A stretch of 63,999 nt of DNA, filler included, from Circinaria calcarea (GCA_051942165.1; 12 parts of 12 records of this genome joined end to end with filler, not necessarily neighbours in it), one strand, 5' to 3'; positions 50,677 to 61,692 are shown, counted from the first letter of the whole stretch. Numbers and translations: made by a program. Notes: generated by a model not told the origin, from the sequence alone.

Positions 50677-51576
50677 CACGTTTCGGAATGGGCTAGCTTG
50701 TATGGCTCGTTGGACCCGAAGACGTGGGCACAGGGAATCCGATAAGCCGATTGCTAGTTTTCACAGGTGGAAAGGCTTCAATGTGATTTGTATTTGCACA
50801 AGGAGGTGCGGGCACTAAAAGAGTAGGGCTATTATCGAAGATGGTGGACGTTTATCTCGAGGTGCTAACTTCACATGGGGTAATTTGAGGATTGACCCAA
50901 GTAGGAAAATTTGCGTCTTTCCGTGGATCGGGGCCGAAGGGAAGGTGCTCTGCCTCAGGTGTCCTGACGTCGAGCTCTTGGGATCTGTTACTTGACCCGT
51001 CTAGTATAAGTGAAGCTTGGGAAATAGTCTGATATCGACTCGTCGTGATATAACACACGATCCGGGGGCTATCGGTCGTGGCAGCTTCCTCCCTGACTCT
51101 TGGACCTGTAGATGTGTACAGCTGAGATGTAAAGTAGCAACGGGAACAGTAGTGGAAGGTATATTTGACAGCCAGTTGAGATCTGAACGGAGCCCCCAAA
51201 ATCTCGGACGAGATCCTAGGCACAGCAAACTCTTCCTCGAGCACTCCATGTCTTTCTTATGTCCGCCGTAGCTCCGACTCATCATTTGCTTCTCTATGGG
51301 GCGGAATATAAAAACCGGCAAATGTGGGGAAGATGGAGAAGGAAGTTGACGTTGGGAGCTGAGACCAATGAGATCGATCTGAGAGTCCACGTTCCTTCTC
51401 CAGCATAACTGAATGGATGGAGGTCTGTAGGTGGACGAGTAAGGTAAGGCTGACGGTTAGAGCGGTTTTACTGTGGGGTTATTCGGATCTCGGAACTGCT
51501 AAGAATAGCTCGGTCCACGGTACGGAAGCTTGATTGACCGGGAGCTAGCGGGCCGTACCTCGCCCTCCGCCACGTG
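50677..51576. promoter_or_regulatory. Candidate PHO boxes upstream of the phosphate transporter
   Basis: CACGTT at 50677 and 51388, CACGTG at 51571 (Pho4/NUC-1-type bHLH sites). Short motifs, could be chance. Confidence 0.35.
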
Positions 51577-52036
51577 ATCATCGCAGACTTCATGCCAGAG
51601 GAACTCTTCTCTCTTAATATACGTTTGAGCAACAACTTGTTTCGTGCTGTAATAGTACAGCCTCAGAGAATTTAAAAAAGTAGTTGACCATGATGGAGTC
51701 TGTCTCCTGTCTGGAGCGGGCCCACTCTGTACAGACTGAAACAGTCGCTGTGGACCTGGCGAACACGGAGCTCGGTGCACTTGACGCTTCTGTTGTGTAA
51801 CGGCAGCGAAAGGATGGCAGGTCTAGCAAACAAATCTCCCTTGCATAGGAATGGACGAAGGTAGTGGACGCTGATTCATAGGGAGACCTGTTTGCGCATT
51901 TTCTTCTCCAGATCCTCTTTCACACTCCCTAATCCTGCGACGCAAGCTGCTCGAAAAGCATTACCAGCTCACGAAAACAGACCACTCGACATCGCATGAC
52001 ACCTCTGTAGAAGCCAATTCGCAACCGACTGGCACT

Positions 52037-52669
52037 ATGCGGTGGTTTCCTGACCCGCTGAGAGGCTATAGTCTTATGTCTTACCCTAGACGGGAGACTG
52101 AGCCATCGAATAGCGTCCTCGAATCACTTAATCTTGCTGCTGTTATCGGTGTGCCTTTAGGATTCATCTGTCACGGCCTCGGTGCAGCCCTCAAATTACC
52201 CCGTAGAGGCTACATTCTTCCCATCACTGCTTGGATCGGCTTGATCAATGGGTCGCGAAGTTTCGTTGAGGAGTACAATAAAAGATTGGTCGTACGGCGG
52301 CGAGATGTTCGAGGACTGCCTGTTCCTCCAGCACCCTACTTTACAGAGAAAGATAGGATCTCCGTCGATGACTTCCAAATAGTAGGTGGCATATTTGGTG
52401 CCATCGCAATTTCGATCCTATCTTGGCGAAGACCTGTACTTGCAACCCGTTGGCAACGAACGCTTGGAGCTGGATGTATCGGCAGCCTAGCCGGTTACCT
52501 CGGTTATAGGCCGTGTGTCGCGGCGGAAGATGTAGTAAGAGACCAGGTGGCGACTAGAACATGGACTAATCTCCAGCTTGCGCTCATTTTCGATTGCAAG
52601 GAATTTCGATGGGTAACCTCAGAGCCTAGCGAGCAGAGAGATAAAGGGGATCGAGGGTCTCAGGCTTGA
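52037..52669 (+). CDS. Hypothetical membrane protein (several Gly-rich hydrophobic segments)
   Basis: 210-aa ORF with AAVIGVPLGFICHGLGAAL, IVGGIFGAIAISIL, LGAGCIGSLAGYLGY; 3' end uncertain. Confidence 0.5.
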   Translation: MRWFPDPLRGYSLMSYPRRETEPSNSVLESLNLAAVIGVPLGFICHGLGAALKLPRRGYILPITAWIGLINGSRSFVEEYNKRLVVRRRDVRGLPVPPAPYFTEKDRISVDDFQIVGGIFGAIAISILSWRRPVLATRWQRTLGAGCIGSLAGYLGYRPCVAAEDVVRDQVATRTWTNLQLALIFDCKEFRWVTSEPSEQRDKGDRGSQA

Positions 52670-54010
52670 AGAAGGTTACCGCAATGGGCAATATTACACA
52701 GGGAACTCTTTCTTGAGGGAACTAGAGAAGAGGAGAGGTTTTCGAGTGCTCTGTGGAACAAGAAGGGAACATATCCACGGATAATCGCATCGCCCTCCCA
52801 GCATTTTCGGCCTATGTCTCGTGATTCATTGTTCGGCTTATACGAAAGGCGGCCCGATTTTTTAAGTTTCAGCACATGGATTCGTCAGTGCCAAAGCTTC
52901 TTGCGCCGAGACTTCAAACCGGGGCTCCTTTCGTATCTCATCATCCTTTCCTGCTAGGCGCATCTTATTCCCAGCTCCCCATACTTCTACGATAGCTAGA
53001 CTTGCCACACTTCTTTCAAATGGTTGGGCCGAAAGCCCAGAAGGACGACGGCGGGTTCCTAATTCATAAGCCATATGCTGTATGCCAATCAAAGCTGCCT
53101 CTCCCTCACCCGTACCACCGAAGATTCTGCCTACAAACCCATAACATGGTTTTTCATCACCCCCTCAAGAGAGCACAGAGCACAGAGCACAGATAACCTA
53201 GCTAGCTTGGCAAGTTTGGCAAGTTTTTTTTCTCAGATTTTCGCCTTTCAAACTCTTTTACAAGCGGGGGGGGGGAGGGGGCCAAAAACCAGTAATTATA
53301 TTATATATATAAAAAAAAAAGACCAAATATCTTCTTCACCCTATTTAGAATAACCTCCAATCCCAATCAACCCATACCCATGCCCCATGCCCCATATCCT
53401 TGATGAAAAACTTACTTTCCCATTTAATACCGGCACAAATGGTTCCAAAGAGAGAGAAAGATAAAAAGAAAAAAAAGATGGCTGAGACTTATGAATTTCT
53501 TTAGTCCTACAGCTACAGCCCCAGGAAACCAAAGCGTGCCGAAAACCCCAGAAAAACCCCAAAAACACCCCCGTACNNNNNNNNNNNNNNNNNNNNNNNN
53601 NNNNNNNNNNNNNNNNNNNNTTAATTAATTAANNNNNNNNNNNNNNNNNNNNNNNNNNNNNNNNNNNNNNNNNNNNGGGGGGGGGTTTACACAAATTCGC
53701 CAAATCACAAATCCCATCGATACTCAACCTAACCTCACCGCCAAAACGGTATCCATCCGCATCACGTTTTCCAACCCAACGAACGGGGGGGGGTAAGGTT
53801 CCATCGATATTTTTCCAAGGGGGGAAAAAAAAAAACTCGAAACTCGAAAACGTCCCCATTGGGGACAGGGACAGGACGTATCGGGAAAGAGAAAATAAAG
53901 GAAGAGAAGAGAGAGAGAATGTCTTAGCTTTCCATTTTATTTCCCCTCCCTTTCCTCTACCTTTTATATATATATTTTTTAAAGACAAAAAAAAATATTA
54001 AAGGGAAGCT

Positions 54011-56368
54011 TCAATCTTCGAATCCAGCCCAGTCCTCCCCGTTCCCGTCCCCATTTCCGTCTCCATGCCTTTCTGTTTCCCTTTCTGTTTCCCTTTCCCT
54101 CTGAGCCCTCACCCCTCGAATGGCCCCCTTGCGCCGATTCTCCAGCTTCCGGTCAAAGCCGCTCTTCGTGCTGATTCGGTCTCTGCTCTTTCCCCTTCCC
54201 TTTCCATTTCCCTTGCGTTCCTTTCCTGTGACCCCCCCGTCTCGCCTTCGGCCACCCAACCCCAACCCCAAACCCACGTCCTCCTTTCCGAGATTAGGAA
54301 CTGTGCGTCGAGACTCGACGCCCCTCCTCTTCAGCTCGCTCTTCGTCTTCTTACTCACCTTTGGCAGCGCATCCAGGAGCCACTTCTGCACGCCCTCCTG
54401 ATTCCCGCCCTCAATCCCCTGGGACGCCGCGGTCGTCGACTTGGCCTTCGTCTTCTGCGACGCAGCAATCACGTTGGCGACATTCTTCACGTACGGAATA
54501 TCCTCCTTCGTATACAACGTCACCGCCACGCCGCCCTCGCGTCCCGCACGTCCGGTCCGACCCGCTCGATGCACGTACGAGGCGCCGGTGGAGGGGATAT
54601 CGTAATTGACGACGCCGTTGACGCCCCGGAAGTCGACGCCGCGGGAGAGGAGGTCCGTGGTGATGAGGACCCAGATTTCGCCTTGGCGGAATCCCGTCAT
54701 GATGGCCGCACGGGCGGTATCCGAGAGATCGGCGTGCAGGACCGCGATTCGAGTGGAGCCGCCTGCTTCCGGGGGGATGTCGTAGAGGAGTTCGGAGTGC
54801 AGGGCGATGGCGCGGCGGATGGTTTGAGTGAAGATGAGGAAGGGGGGTCGGAGCGTGGGGTTGGGGTCCTGGGGGCTAGAGGCGGTAGGGTGGAGGAGCT
54901 GGCGGATGGCGAGGAGTTTACCCTGTTCGGTGCCGGCGTAGATGAGGCGGTGGGAGATTGTGGGGAGGGCGGAGTCTTTGAGGCCGACGATGAGGCGGAG
55001 GAGATGGTGGTTGGAGGTCTTCGGCAGCTGGAGGGTTTGGCGTCGGGAGGAAATGTAGATTTGGGCGAGAGATTCAATGGATGAGCCGATGGTAGCGGAC
55101 CAGAGGGAGGTCTGGAGGGAGGGGCTGGTGCAGACGGACCAGATGGCGAGGGTTTGGGTGCGGAAGAGAGGGTCGAGAAGAACGTCGGCCTCGTCTAGGA
55201 CGAGATATTGCACTGACGGAAGAGGTAAAGGGTCCGAGTCGTCTTCGGCAGGTGCCAACGCATGCAACAGCATCAAAGGCGTGCTGACGAGAATATCTGA
55301 TTTTACCAGATATGTGCCACCGCTAGGCTCGCCTAGAGTCTTACTAGTAGACACATTACCGGCTCCGTTGCCATTTGATTGAGATGATTTTTCATGTGCC
55401 TGGTACATAACCATACCCTTCCGCATACCAGTTACCCTGATTCCAGTACCCACAGCCAGCTTCTTCCCCTCGTTGACTATTTGATCGGCCAATTCGTGCG
55501 TCGGAGCTATGATGATGGCCTTCACTTGATGTTCCTCCTGCTTCTTGGTAGACTTTCCTTCATTCGCATGACGTGCTTGGAGCAGACCATGCAGCGTAGG
55601 TATTAGAAATGCCAAAGTCTTCCCGCTGCCGGTTGGAGCAACTGTAAGTAAGTCAATGTCCGACCTCTGGTGTAGCTTTCGATGTTTGGAGCTCTTAGGT
55701 CGTAACCCCCGATCCTCGTCCGATCCCAATAACAGAGGCAGGGCTCCCATTTGTACCTCTGTCGGAATGGTGTATCCCTCTGCACTTAGGTTCTTGGTTA
55801 GCCTTTTAGAGATCCCATACTTGCCCCTCAACTCCCTGAAAGACGTCAAAGGCTGAGAAAATAGCTGGGTGAAGGCGTCTTTCTTGGGGGGTGGTGGGAC
55901 GACTGGGTCTTTTCGGCGCTTCTTTTTGGTATGCTCCGCTTCAGCGTGGTCTTCCAACAAGGTAACTTTCAGCTTGTGCGCCTTCATCAGTTTCCGACAT
56001 TCATCCTCGCTGAGACGCTCGAAAGATATACCAGTCGCTGTCTCGTCCTCTGCCTTCCCCCGTGGCTTTTCTGGATTCACAGAGGACGGTGGCTTAGGGA
56101 TTGCATGATTGCCAAAGAAATCAAAGTCGTCCTCCGCACCATTTAATGCGTTGTCTTTTACATCATCTCTTTTGCGCTTTCTCTCTTCGCCGGGACCTAT
56201 CGATGGGTACCGCGATACCTTCGTGGGCGGAGAGACTGTGTTTTCGCATAGTACCTGTGGATGGGAGGGGACTCCAGCAGAGGGTATTCGCTGATCGGAA
56301 GCTTTCTTCGCAGCTATTGTGGACTTTTGTAGATTAGTAGATCTGATGAGCAGTTTGAAGACATCCAT
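54011..56368 (-). CDS. ROK1: ATP-dependent DEAD-box RNA helicase Rok1 (18S rRNA processing)
   Basis: MDVFKLL start at 56368; PTEVQMGALP, APTGSGKT, APTHELADQI, LDEADVL, SAT, PPFLIFTQTI, TTDLLSRGVDF, YVHRAGRTGRAGREG; R/K/G-rich tail. Confidence 0.95.
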   Translation of the reverse strand: MDVFKLLIRSTNLQKSTIAAKKASDQRIPSAGVPSHPQVLCENTVSPPTKVSRYPSIGPGEERKRKRDDVKDNALNGAEDDFDFFGNHAIPKPPSSVNPEKPRGKAEDETATGISFERLSEDECRKLMKAHKLKVTLLEDHAEAEHTKKKRRKDPVVPPPPKKDAFTQLFSQPLTSFRELRGKYGISKRLTKNLSAEGYTIPTEVQMGALPLLLGSDEDRGLRPKSSKHRKLHQRSDIDLLTVAPTGSGKTLAFLIPTLHGLLQARHANEGKSTKKQEEHQVKAIIIAPTHELADQIVNEGKKLAVGTGIRVTGMRKGMVMYQAHEKSSQSNGNGAGNVSTSKTLGEPSGGTYLVKSDILVSTPLMLLHALAPAEDDSDPLPLPSVQYLVLDEADVLLDPLFRTQTLAIWSVCTSPSLQTSLWSATIGSSIESLAQIYISSRRQTLQLPKTSNHHLLRLIVGLKDSALPTISHRLIYAGTEQGKLLAIRQLLHPTASSPQDPNPTLRPPFLIFTQTIRRAIALHSELLYDIPPEAGGSTRIAVLHADLSDTARAAIMTGFRQGEIWVLITTDLLSRGVDFRGVNGVVNYDIPSTGASYVHRAGRTGRAGREGGVAVTLYTKEDIPYVKNVANVIAASQKTKAKSTTAASQGIEGGNQEGVQKWLLDALPKVSKKTKSELKRRGVESRRTVPNLGKEDVGLGLGLGGRRRDGGVTGKERKGNGKGRGKSRDRISTKSGFDRKLENRRKGAIRGVRAQRERETERETERHGDGNGDGNGEDWAGFED

Positions 56369-58403
56369 TTTCCCCGTCACTGCATATAAAGGAGATGACA
56401 GCGCTGATCTTTGCGTATGGGCCTGGCAACGGCGGAATAAATTTCAAGATGTGCCAGGCCTTTATTTCCGAGATCCGATCCGATGTCCCCTGATTGTGGG
56501 GTGCTCAGAGAACCAGGCGTTAGTGGGATTGTCACAAACATTAGGGCATTAACAATCCACCAATTTAGCTGAAGTTCTAGGGCTTATTGCAAAGCGTTTT
56601 GGTCTGTTGGTCAACCACACTCCATGTTCTATGCCAGAGGCTATTTACACTATCACAACAGGTCGAGATATGAAACTAATTCAAAACATTCCTCGCTACG
56701 CATATTGCTGTTGATCTACCAGTCTCATCTCATGGCCACTGCTGCTGGAGAGCTAGCCTTTCCTTTCACTGCTCTTCCATGATTTGCGTATTTCAAATTG
56801 CCCTGTTTTTGTGCTGACTTGGCAGTAGCATGTCGGTAAACATGATCTTCTGCTGTGTGATGGGCTCCATGCGCACTGCTTATGGTTAAACATCACGGAA
56901 TAGACCAAATTCAGTATTAGGCACCGCTAGTTGATGGAATCATGGCAAAGTTGCCGCTCACACCCCTATCCAAAGAGATTGTTCTTGGGGGCTGAATCCC
57001 AGGTACCAAACTTCACCGACGAGGCTGAAACGCCAGGAATATCACGCTCACTCCCGAGCCTAGTCATTGCGCAATCGAAGAGGATCGATCCTGCAGAAAG
57101 CAGACTCCACCGGCTAGAGAAAGAATAGCATCACGATAGTTCCTGTACGGGGTTTTGCGCACCAACATGCATTGCTGATAGAACATCGGCCCGGTGTATT
57201 CCAGCTAGCAGACTCCTCTCTCCGAGGCCAAGTACACGTGCGCAGAAAGAATGTGTGGGGAGGAGCAAGATCTAGTCGACGATCTGATCTCCTTTGCCAG
57301 ATCCTATCAGTCTACCATCGTAGATCCTGCGGGATCTTACCCGCCCGACGCAAGCTATTCTGACTTGTGGCTTGAAGTGCCTCGCCTTAGTATTCACAAC
57401 ATTCTCTTCCATTACTCCGGAAGGGGAAATACTGCTGCTACAGCACATGACCATCCTTGTCGCACTCCTGGAATTTACACACCGTATTATCTAAATGCCT
57501 CCTCGACACTCACACCAAATCCCAACCACCTACCCAATTTGATCAAGCATGGGACCACCTATCGTCAAACAGCTATACATCAGGGCAACCTCCTCGCTTC
57601 TAATCTCCCCGTGTTCAAATCATGAGTGGATGGCTTGAAACATCCAGAGATTACCATGGGATTCCTAATTACTGATGCTGGACTGAGAGTAGTGGTACGT
57701 ACACCATGCAACCATGCGGCGTTTTCCCAATACAATCTGTAAGCCATGCCGCGGCGAGGCGTTCTTGCATGAGCTTTGGCGGTACTCCATGTTTAGATGT
57801 TTTCTATTGCAATGTACGGTGGAAGCAGACTGGTAGAGTATGGTAGTCGCGATAGCTGGGATGGTTTCTAGTGACCATCATACCAACGCTTTGCTTCCAG
57901 GTTCTAGTTCTACTTACGGAGTACCGTAACCTCTCCGCTATCGCTTTTGCAGAATTACCATTTCCGGGGTGGATTAGCTGTGAGGGGCCAATAGTCCTGA
58001 TGTGGTAAAGGGAATGCAACGTCGCATCGTGCATTAGCCCCTGTCATATTCCGTACCTTATTTTCTGTCTTGCAGCCTCGACCGTTTATCGCATTTCTCC
58101 ACCCGTTGATTGGGTAATATTGCGCAACCACCTTATGGAGAGCTCATTTATGTACATAGCATGAGCTATCATGGAGTGCGGGATTGCCGTCACATTTTCT
58201 ATTGGAGGAGCAAGGCTGGAGGGACCGATTGGATTGTATTATGATCGTACATCCGGCCCAGCTTCTCGAACACTCTCCACCTCTGTTATTGGTGTTGTTT
58301 GTTTCCTCTTCAAATACCGATTGTTCCAGTCTCTATTACTTCAAGCAAAAGGCATACTTATACTTTGATGCATTGATATAGCATCATCTCATCTGATTCC
58401 ATC

Positions 58404-58925
58404 ATGCCGGGTGGTGGAGAGATTGACCAACCTGCCTTCAAGGTCTGGCTTTTTATAGTCCACTGAGCAGGAGGATAAATCTGACATGCAAAACTTAGGC
58501 CGCAGTCGGTGCACTCTTTGGCATTGCCCTAATCGCCGCTTGTGCTCGAACGGTCATCCGGTATAGAAAGTTCGGTCGATTCTTCGTTGATGACTATTTC
58601 TTCTTTCTCGGCATTGCAACACTCATTACCGGGACCGCTATTCTCTACGTGATAGTCCCAGCTCAGTATGCTGTCATTGCTATCGGTGCTGGTGGAGGTG
58701 GAGGTGGACCACTCTCACCAGAGTTCTTTGACAAGATCGCAGCCAATATCGTCATGGCTGCTGTTGGTGCTACCATCACATGGGTGACCATTTTCGCTGT
58801 CAAGTTCTCGTTCCTGTTCTTTTTTCGGACCCTTGTGAGACGATTGAAGAAGTTGACGATATGGTGGTGGTTTACTCTCGCGGTCATGATTCCGGTTGCC
58901 GTCACTGATATAGCGGCAATCTATA
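58404..58925 (+). CDS. PTH11-like (fungal rhodopsin-domain) integral membrane protein, 3'-truncated
   Basis: ATG 58404, intron 58443-58498; ARTVIRYRKFGRFFVDDYFFFLG and TWVTIFAVKFSFLFFFRTL motifs. Confidence 0.85.
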
Positions 58926-59164
58926 NNNNNNNNNNNNNNNNNNNNNNNNNNNNNNNNNNNNNNNNNNNNTTAATTAATTAANNNNNNNNNNNNNNNNNNN
59001 NNNNNNNNNNNNNNNNNNNNNNNNNCCCTACGGGGGAACTATACACCGAGGTCACGAGGTGTTGGCTTAGCGAGAAAGGTTTTCCTCGCGAAGCGTTACA
59101 CGAGAACTCTTTAGCAATAATTCATACACTGATGCGAACCAACTAAGCTCATTATCACACAATT

Positions 59165-59260
59165 CACCGACCCTTATCGTAAGATCATTATACTATTCGT
59201 AAAGGATCCTTACACCGACCCCTATCGTAAGATCATTATACTATTCGTAAAGGATCCTTA
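59165..59260. repeat. 48-nt tandem duplication (2 copies, 1 mismatch)
   Basis: caccgaccc(t/c)tatcgtaagatcattatactattcgtaaaggatcctta at 59165-59212 and 59213-59260. Confidence 0.95.
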
Positions 59261-59417
59261 CATTTACAGAACGCGGCCGAACTTATTAAAGAGTTTGATA
59301 AACAAGAAGAAAGAGAGGAAACAACGGCTTTATTATAGGATTTGGCGTTGCTTTTATTATGGCTTATTAGCTTTATTATACGCCTTCGGGGCGAAGGCAA
59401 TTTCTATTTAGCTGGTA

Positions 59418-60195
59418 ATTATTATGATCATACCGCAGGCTACGCCTACGGTTTAGGGATTAGCGGGAAGTTAGCGCCATTTAGGTAATATATCCCGAGG
59501 ATTTTCCCCGTAGGGGAAAATCATCCTTCACTTCCAATTCAATAGTACTTTTGCACGCAGTGCAACAGCTCGGCTCCCTGGTTCCGCCGCTTGGCCTACT
59601 AGGGTACGGCATCGCGCCATAACAATGATATAGGTCCGTTGTGGATGTATAATTGTTGCACGAAGTGCAAAGTACCATTGTATGAAGTGAAGGATGATTT
59701 TCTATCATGGGGAAAACCCCCGAAATATACTACGGAAAACCCGCTAATTTCACCACTATCCCTGTTATGGCGTCAACACCATACTAGGCACTAGATCCGG
59801 ACGGGACTAGTGCGAAGCCGGACTAACCTTAACCCGATGCTCATGGGCGCTCAAGATATAAGTATAGATAAGCAGGACCGGTGCTTATAAGTGCTTAGGG
59901 TATGAGCATAGATGAGTAGAACCAGTACTCGTGGATGCTCAGGGCATGAACATAGATGAGTAGGACTTTATATAAATAGGTTGTTCCTCGTTCTTTAGAA
60001 TAACATGTTTATAGAACAATAACAAGTTCAATATACTCCTTTTGTAATGAGCCTAGGGCAACAGTTCAACTACACCCTATATAACCGTGCTATTACCAAT
60101 CGGGACTTATCATATTCCTCAATAAGCCCCAAGGATTGCAGCGCCCTTACAATCCCCTATGGGGAAGGCTTCGCCTGCCGTATAACCATAACAAC
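59418..60195. mobile_element. Foldback / long inverted-repeat element (arms ~150 nt) interrupted by a solo LTR
   Basis: Left arm 59418-59567 is the imperfect reverse complement of 59654-59762 + 60157-60195, with an exact core gaaaatcatccttcacttc / gaagtgaaggatgattttc. Confidence 0.75.
59763..60151 (+). mobile_element. Solo LTR (389 bp) of an LTR retrotransposon
   Basis: TG...CA termini with imperfect terminal IR (tgttatggcg / cgcccttaca); perfect 5-bp TSD ATCCC (59758-59762, 60152-60156); TATA box tatataaatagg near 59969; internal degenerate repeats. Confidence 0.9.
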
Positions 60196-60600
60196 AATGG
60201 AGTTATGTAAAGCCATGCCGGGGGAGCCTTGCAGACGAGGTATCGATTGGCTGGGAGCACTGTTATTCCGGGCCTACCCAACAATATCATGAAACTGCTA
60301 AAACCCCCAATACATACTTCTTTATATAGCAAAGCAGCATAGCAGTTAGGAATACGATATCGAGACCCGTTCTGATTTCCCTCTATATGTGCACTATACT
60401 GTAGCAGTCAGTTCATGCTATATACCTCCTGATTCTTCGCTATTTGGGCCACCGTCACTTTTCTTCGACAGCATCTTTGCCGATACATCAGGAGCATAGC
60501 GGAGCACCCTATATCCTTCACATTTCCACCAATAAGTCGTGTAGCAGCACTCACCGTACTACTTTCAACTTAGCCTTATTTTCTTATTTTTATACATAAT

Positions 60601-61692
60601 TTAATTATTGGATAAAGAATTAGAAAATATATTTAATTTACGTCGTGATTGTTTTTTATCATCAACCACTCCAATGCTTTCAGCTTTTCCCACACCGTTT
60701 TGACGGGATATCTTTTTGTTAGCCTTACGAGCCGTGGGTAAGAATTTGTCCAGCACGCTATGTCGCCGCTGCTCAACGTCCTCATCCTTCTGGCTCCAGT
60801 CATTCTGATCGTCAATCTGAAAGATAGTATGTCTCCGTGGGCTCTCACTCTCGATTCTAAAGTCCATTGGCTTCCAGTGCCCTACCGGCCCAGGTCCCAC
60901 ACTCCGTCTGTTCACCTTCTCTCCAGACGACTTCTTTGAAGACCACAATTTTCCCAAGCCCTTCTGGTGAAAGTGATCGACGTTGCGAACCGGGTCTACC
61001 TGGGCTGCTTGAGCGGCAGCCTGAGCCCGCGTTAGCTGAAAATTATTCCTCGCGGGCGCCTGTTGCGTGGTCGGTGTTGCACGATCACGGCCTTCGGTGA
61101 AGGACGCGGTCGACAGCCGTCGGTCGGGTAAAGTGGAGCTCCCGAGCACTGTCGAAGGCCGACGATCTGCGGTACCGGAGACTCGACGATCCGGCATCAT
61201 GGAGACTCGGTGATCTGGCATGATAGAAGCCCGACGATCCGGCAGAATAGATGCTCGACGATCTGGAGCTACCGAAGCGCGGCGTTCCGGAGTCAAAATA
61301 GTCGACTCCATAGCTGATAGTGATAGAGGGTGAATCGTCACATTTTCCGGTAGTTCGGCTGTAGCTGTGCTCATGAAATCGGACGCGGCAAACTGCGGTA
61401 CATGGCGATATCCCCGGGTAGGTGCAGTGGGAGGCCTGTCATTTTCCGGAAATGCCTGATGACTTCTGCCTTTTTCCCGCACCTTAAAATCCTCCAGTGC
61501 TCGGTACAGCTCGTCTGGATCAAGTGGTTTCCCCGCTGTGGTGGTCTGCCCGAGTTTTGTGGCATTCCGCAATCGGTGGATGTTCGAGGAAACGGGAATT
61601 ACAGGCTGAGCAAAAGATATTTTAGCAAGCTGGCTCAAGCTTGTGACATCGTAACTCACATTCTGTGGTGAGAGTATTTCGCGCGAAGTCAT
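60601..61692 (-). CDS. Hypothetical protein with tandem RRxS repeat array
   Basis: ORF of ~360 aa (first ATG 61692; may have upstream exons) containing YRHVPQFAASDF and 24-nt repeats encoding PDRRASIL-type units. Confidence 0.7.
   Translation of the reverse strand: MTSREILSPQNVSYDVTSLSQLAKISFAQPVIPVSSNIHRLRNATKLGQTTTAGKPLDPDELYRALEDFKVREKGRSHQAFPENDRPPTAPTRGYRHVPQFAASDFMSTATAELPENVTIHPLSLSAMESTILTPERRASVAPDRRASILPDRRASIMPDHRVSMMPDRRVSGTADRRPSTVLGSSTLPDRRLSTASFTEGRDRATPTTQQAPARNNFQLTRAQAAAQAAQVDPVRNVDHFHQKGLGKLWSSKKSSGEKVNRRSVGPGPVGHWKPMDFRIESESPRRHTIFQIDDQNDWSQKDEDVEQRRHSVLDKFLPTARKANKKISRQNGVGKAESIGVVDDKKQSRRKLNIFSNSLSNN

Noticed and set aside
54065..55084. 339-aa antisense ORF over ROK1 (also those at 2756-3481, 3965-4606, 37625-38266)
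   Set aside because: Shadow ORFs expected opposite real genes with biased codon use; no independent protein features.
56931..57625. Short ORFs upstream of ROK1 (also 18082-18552 and 61974-63836)
   Set aside because: No motifs or consistent exon structure; cannot be supported as genes.
5322..58981. Regularly spaced TTAATTAATTAA palindromes suggesting a repeat array or CRISPR-like structure
   Set aside because: Each is embedded in identical N padding; it is a synthetic six-frame-stop linker.
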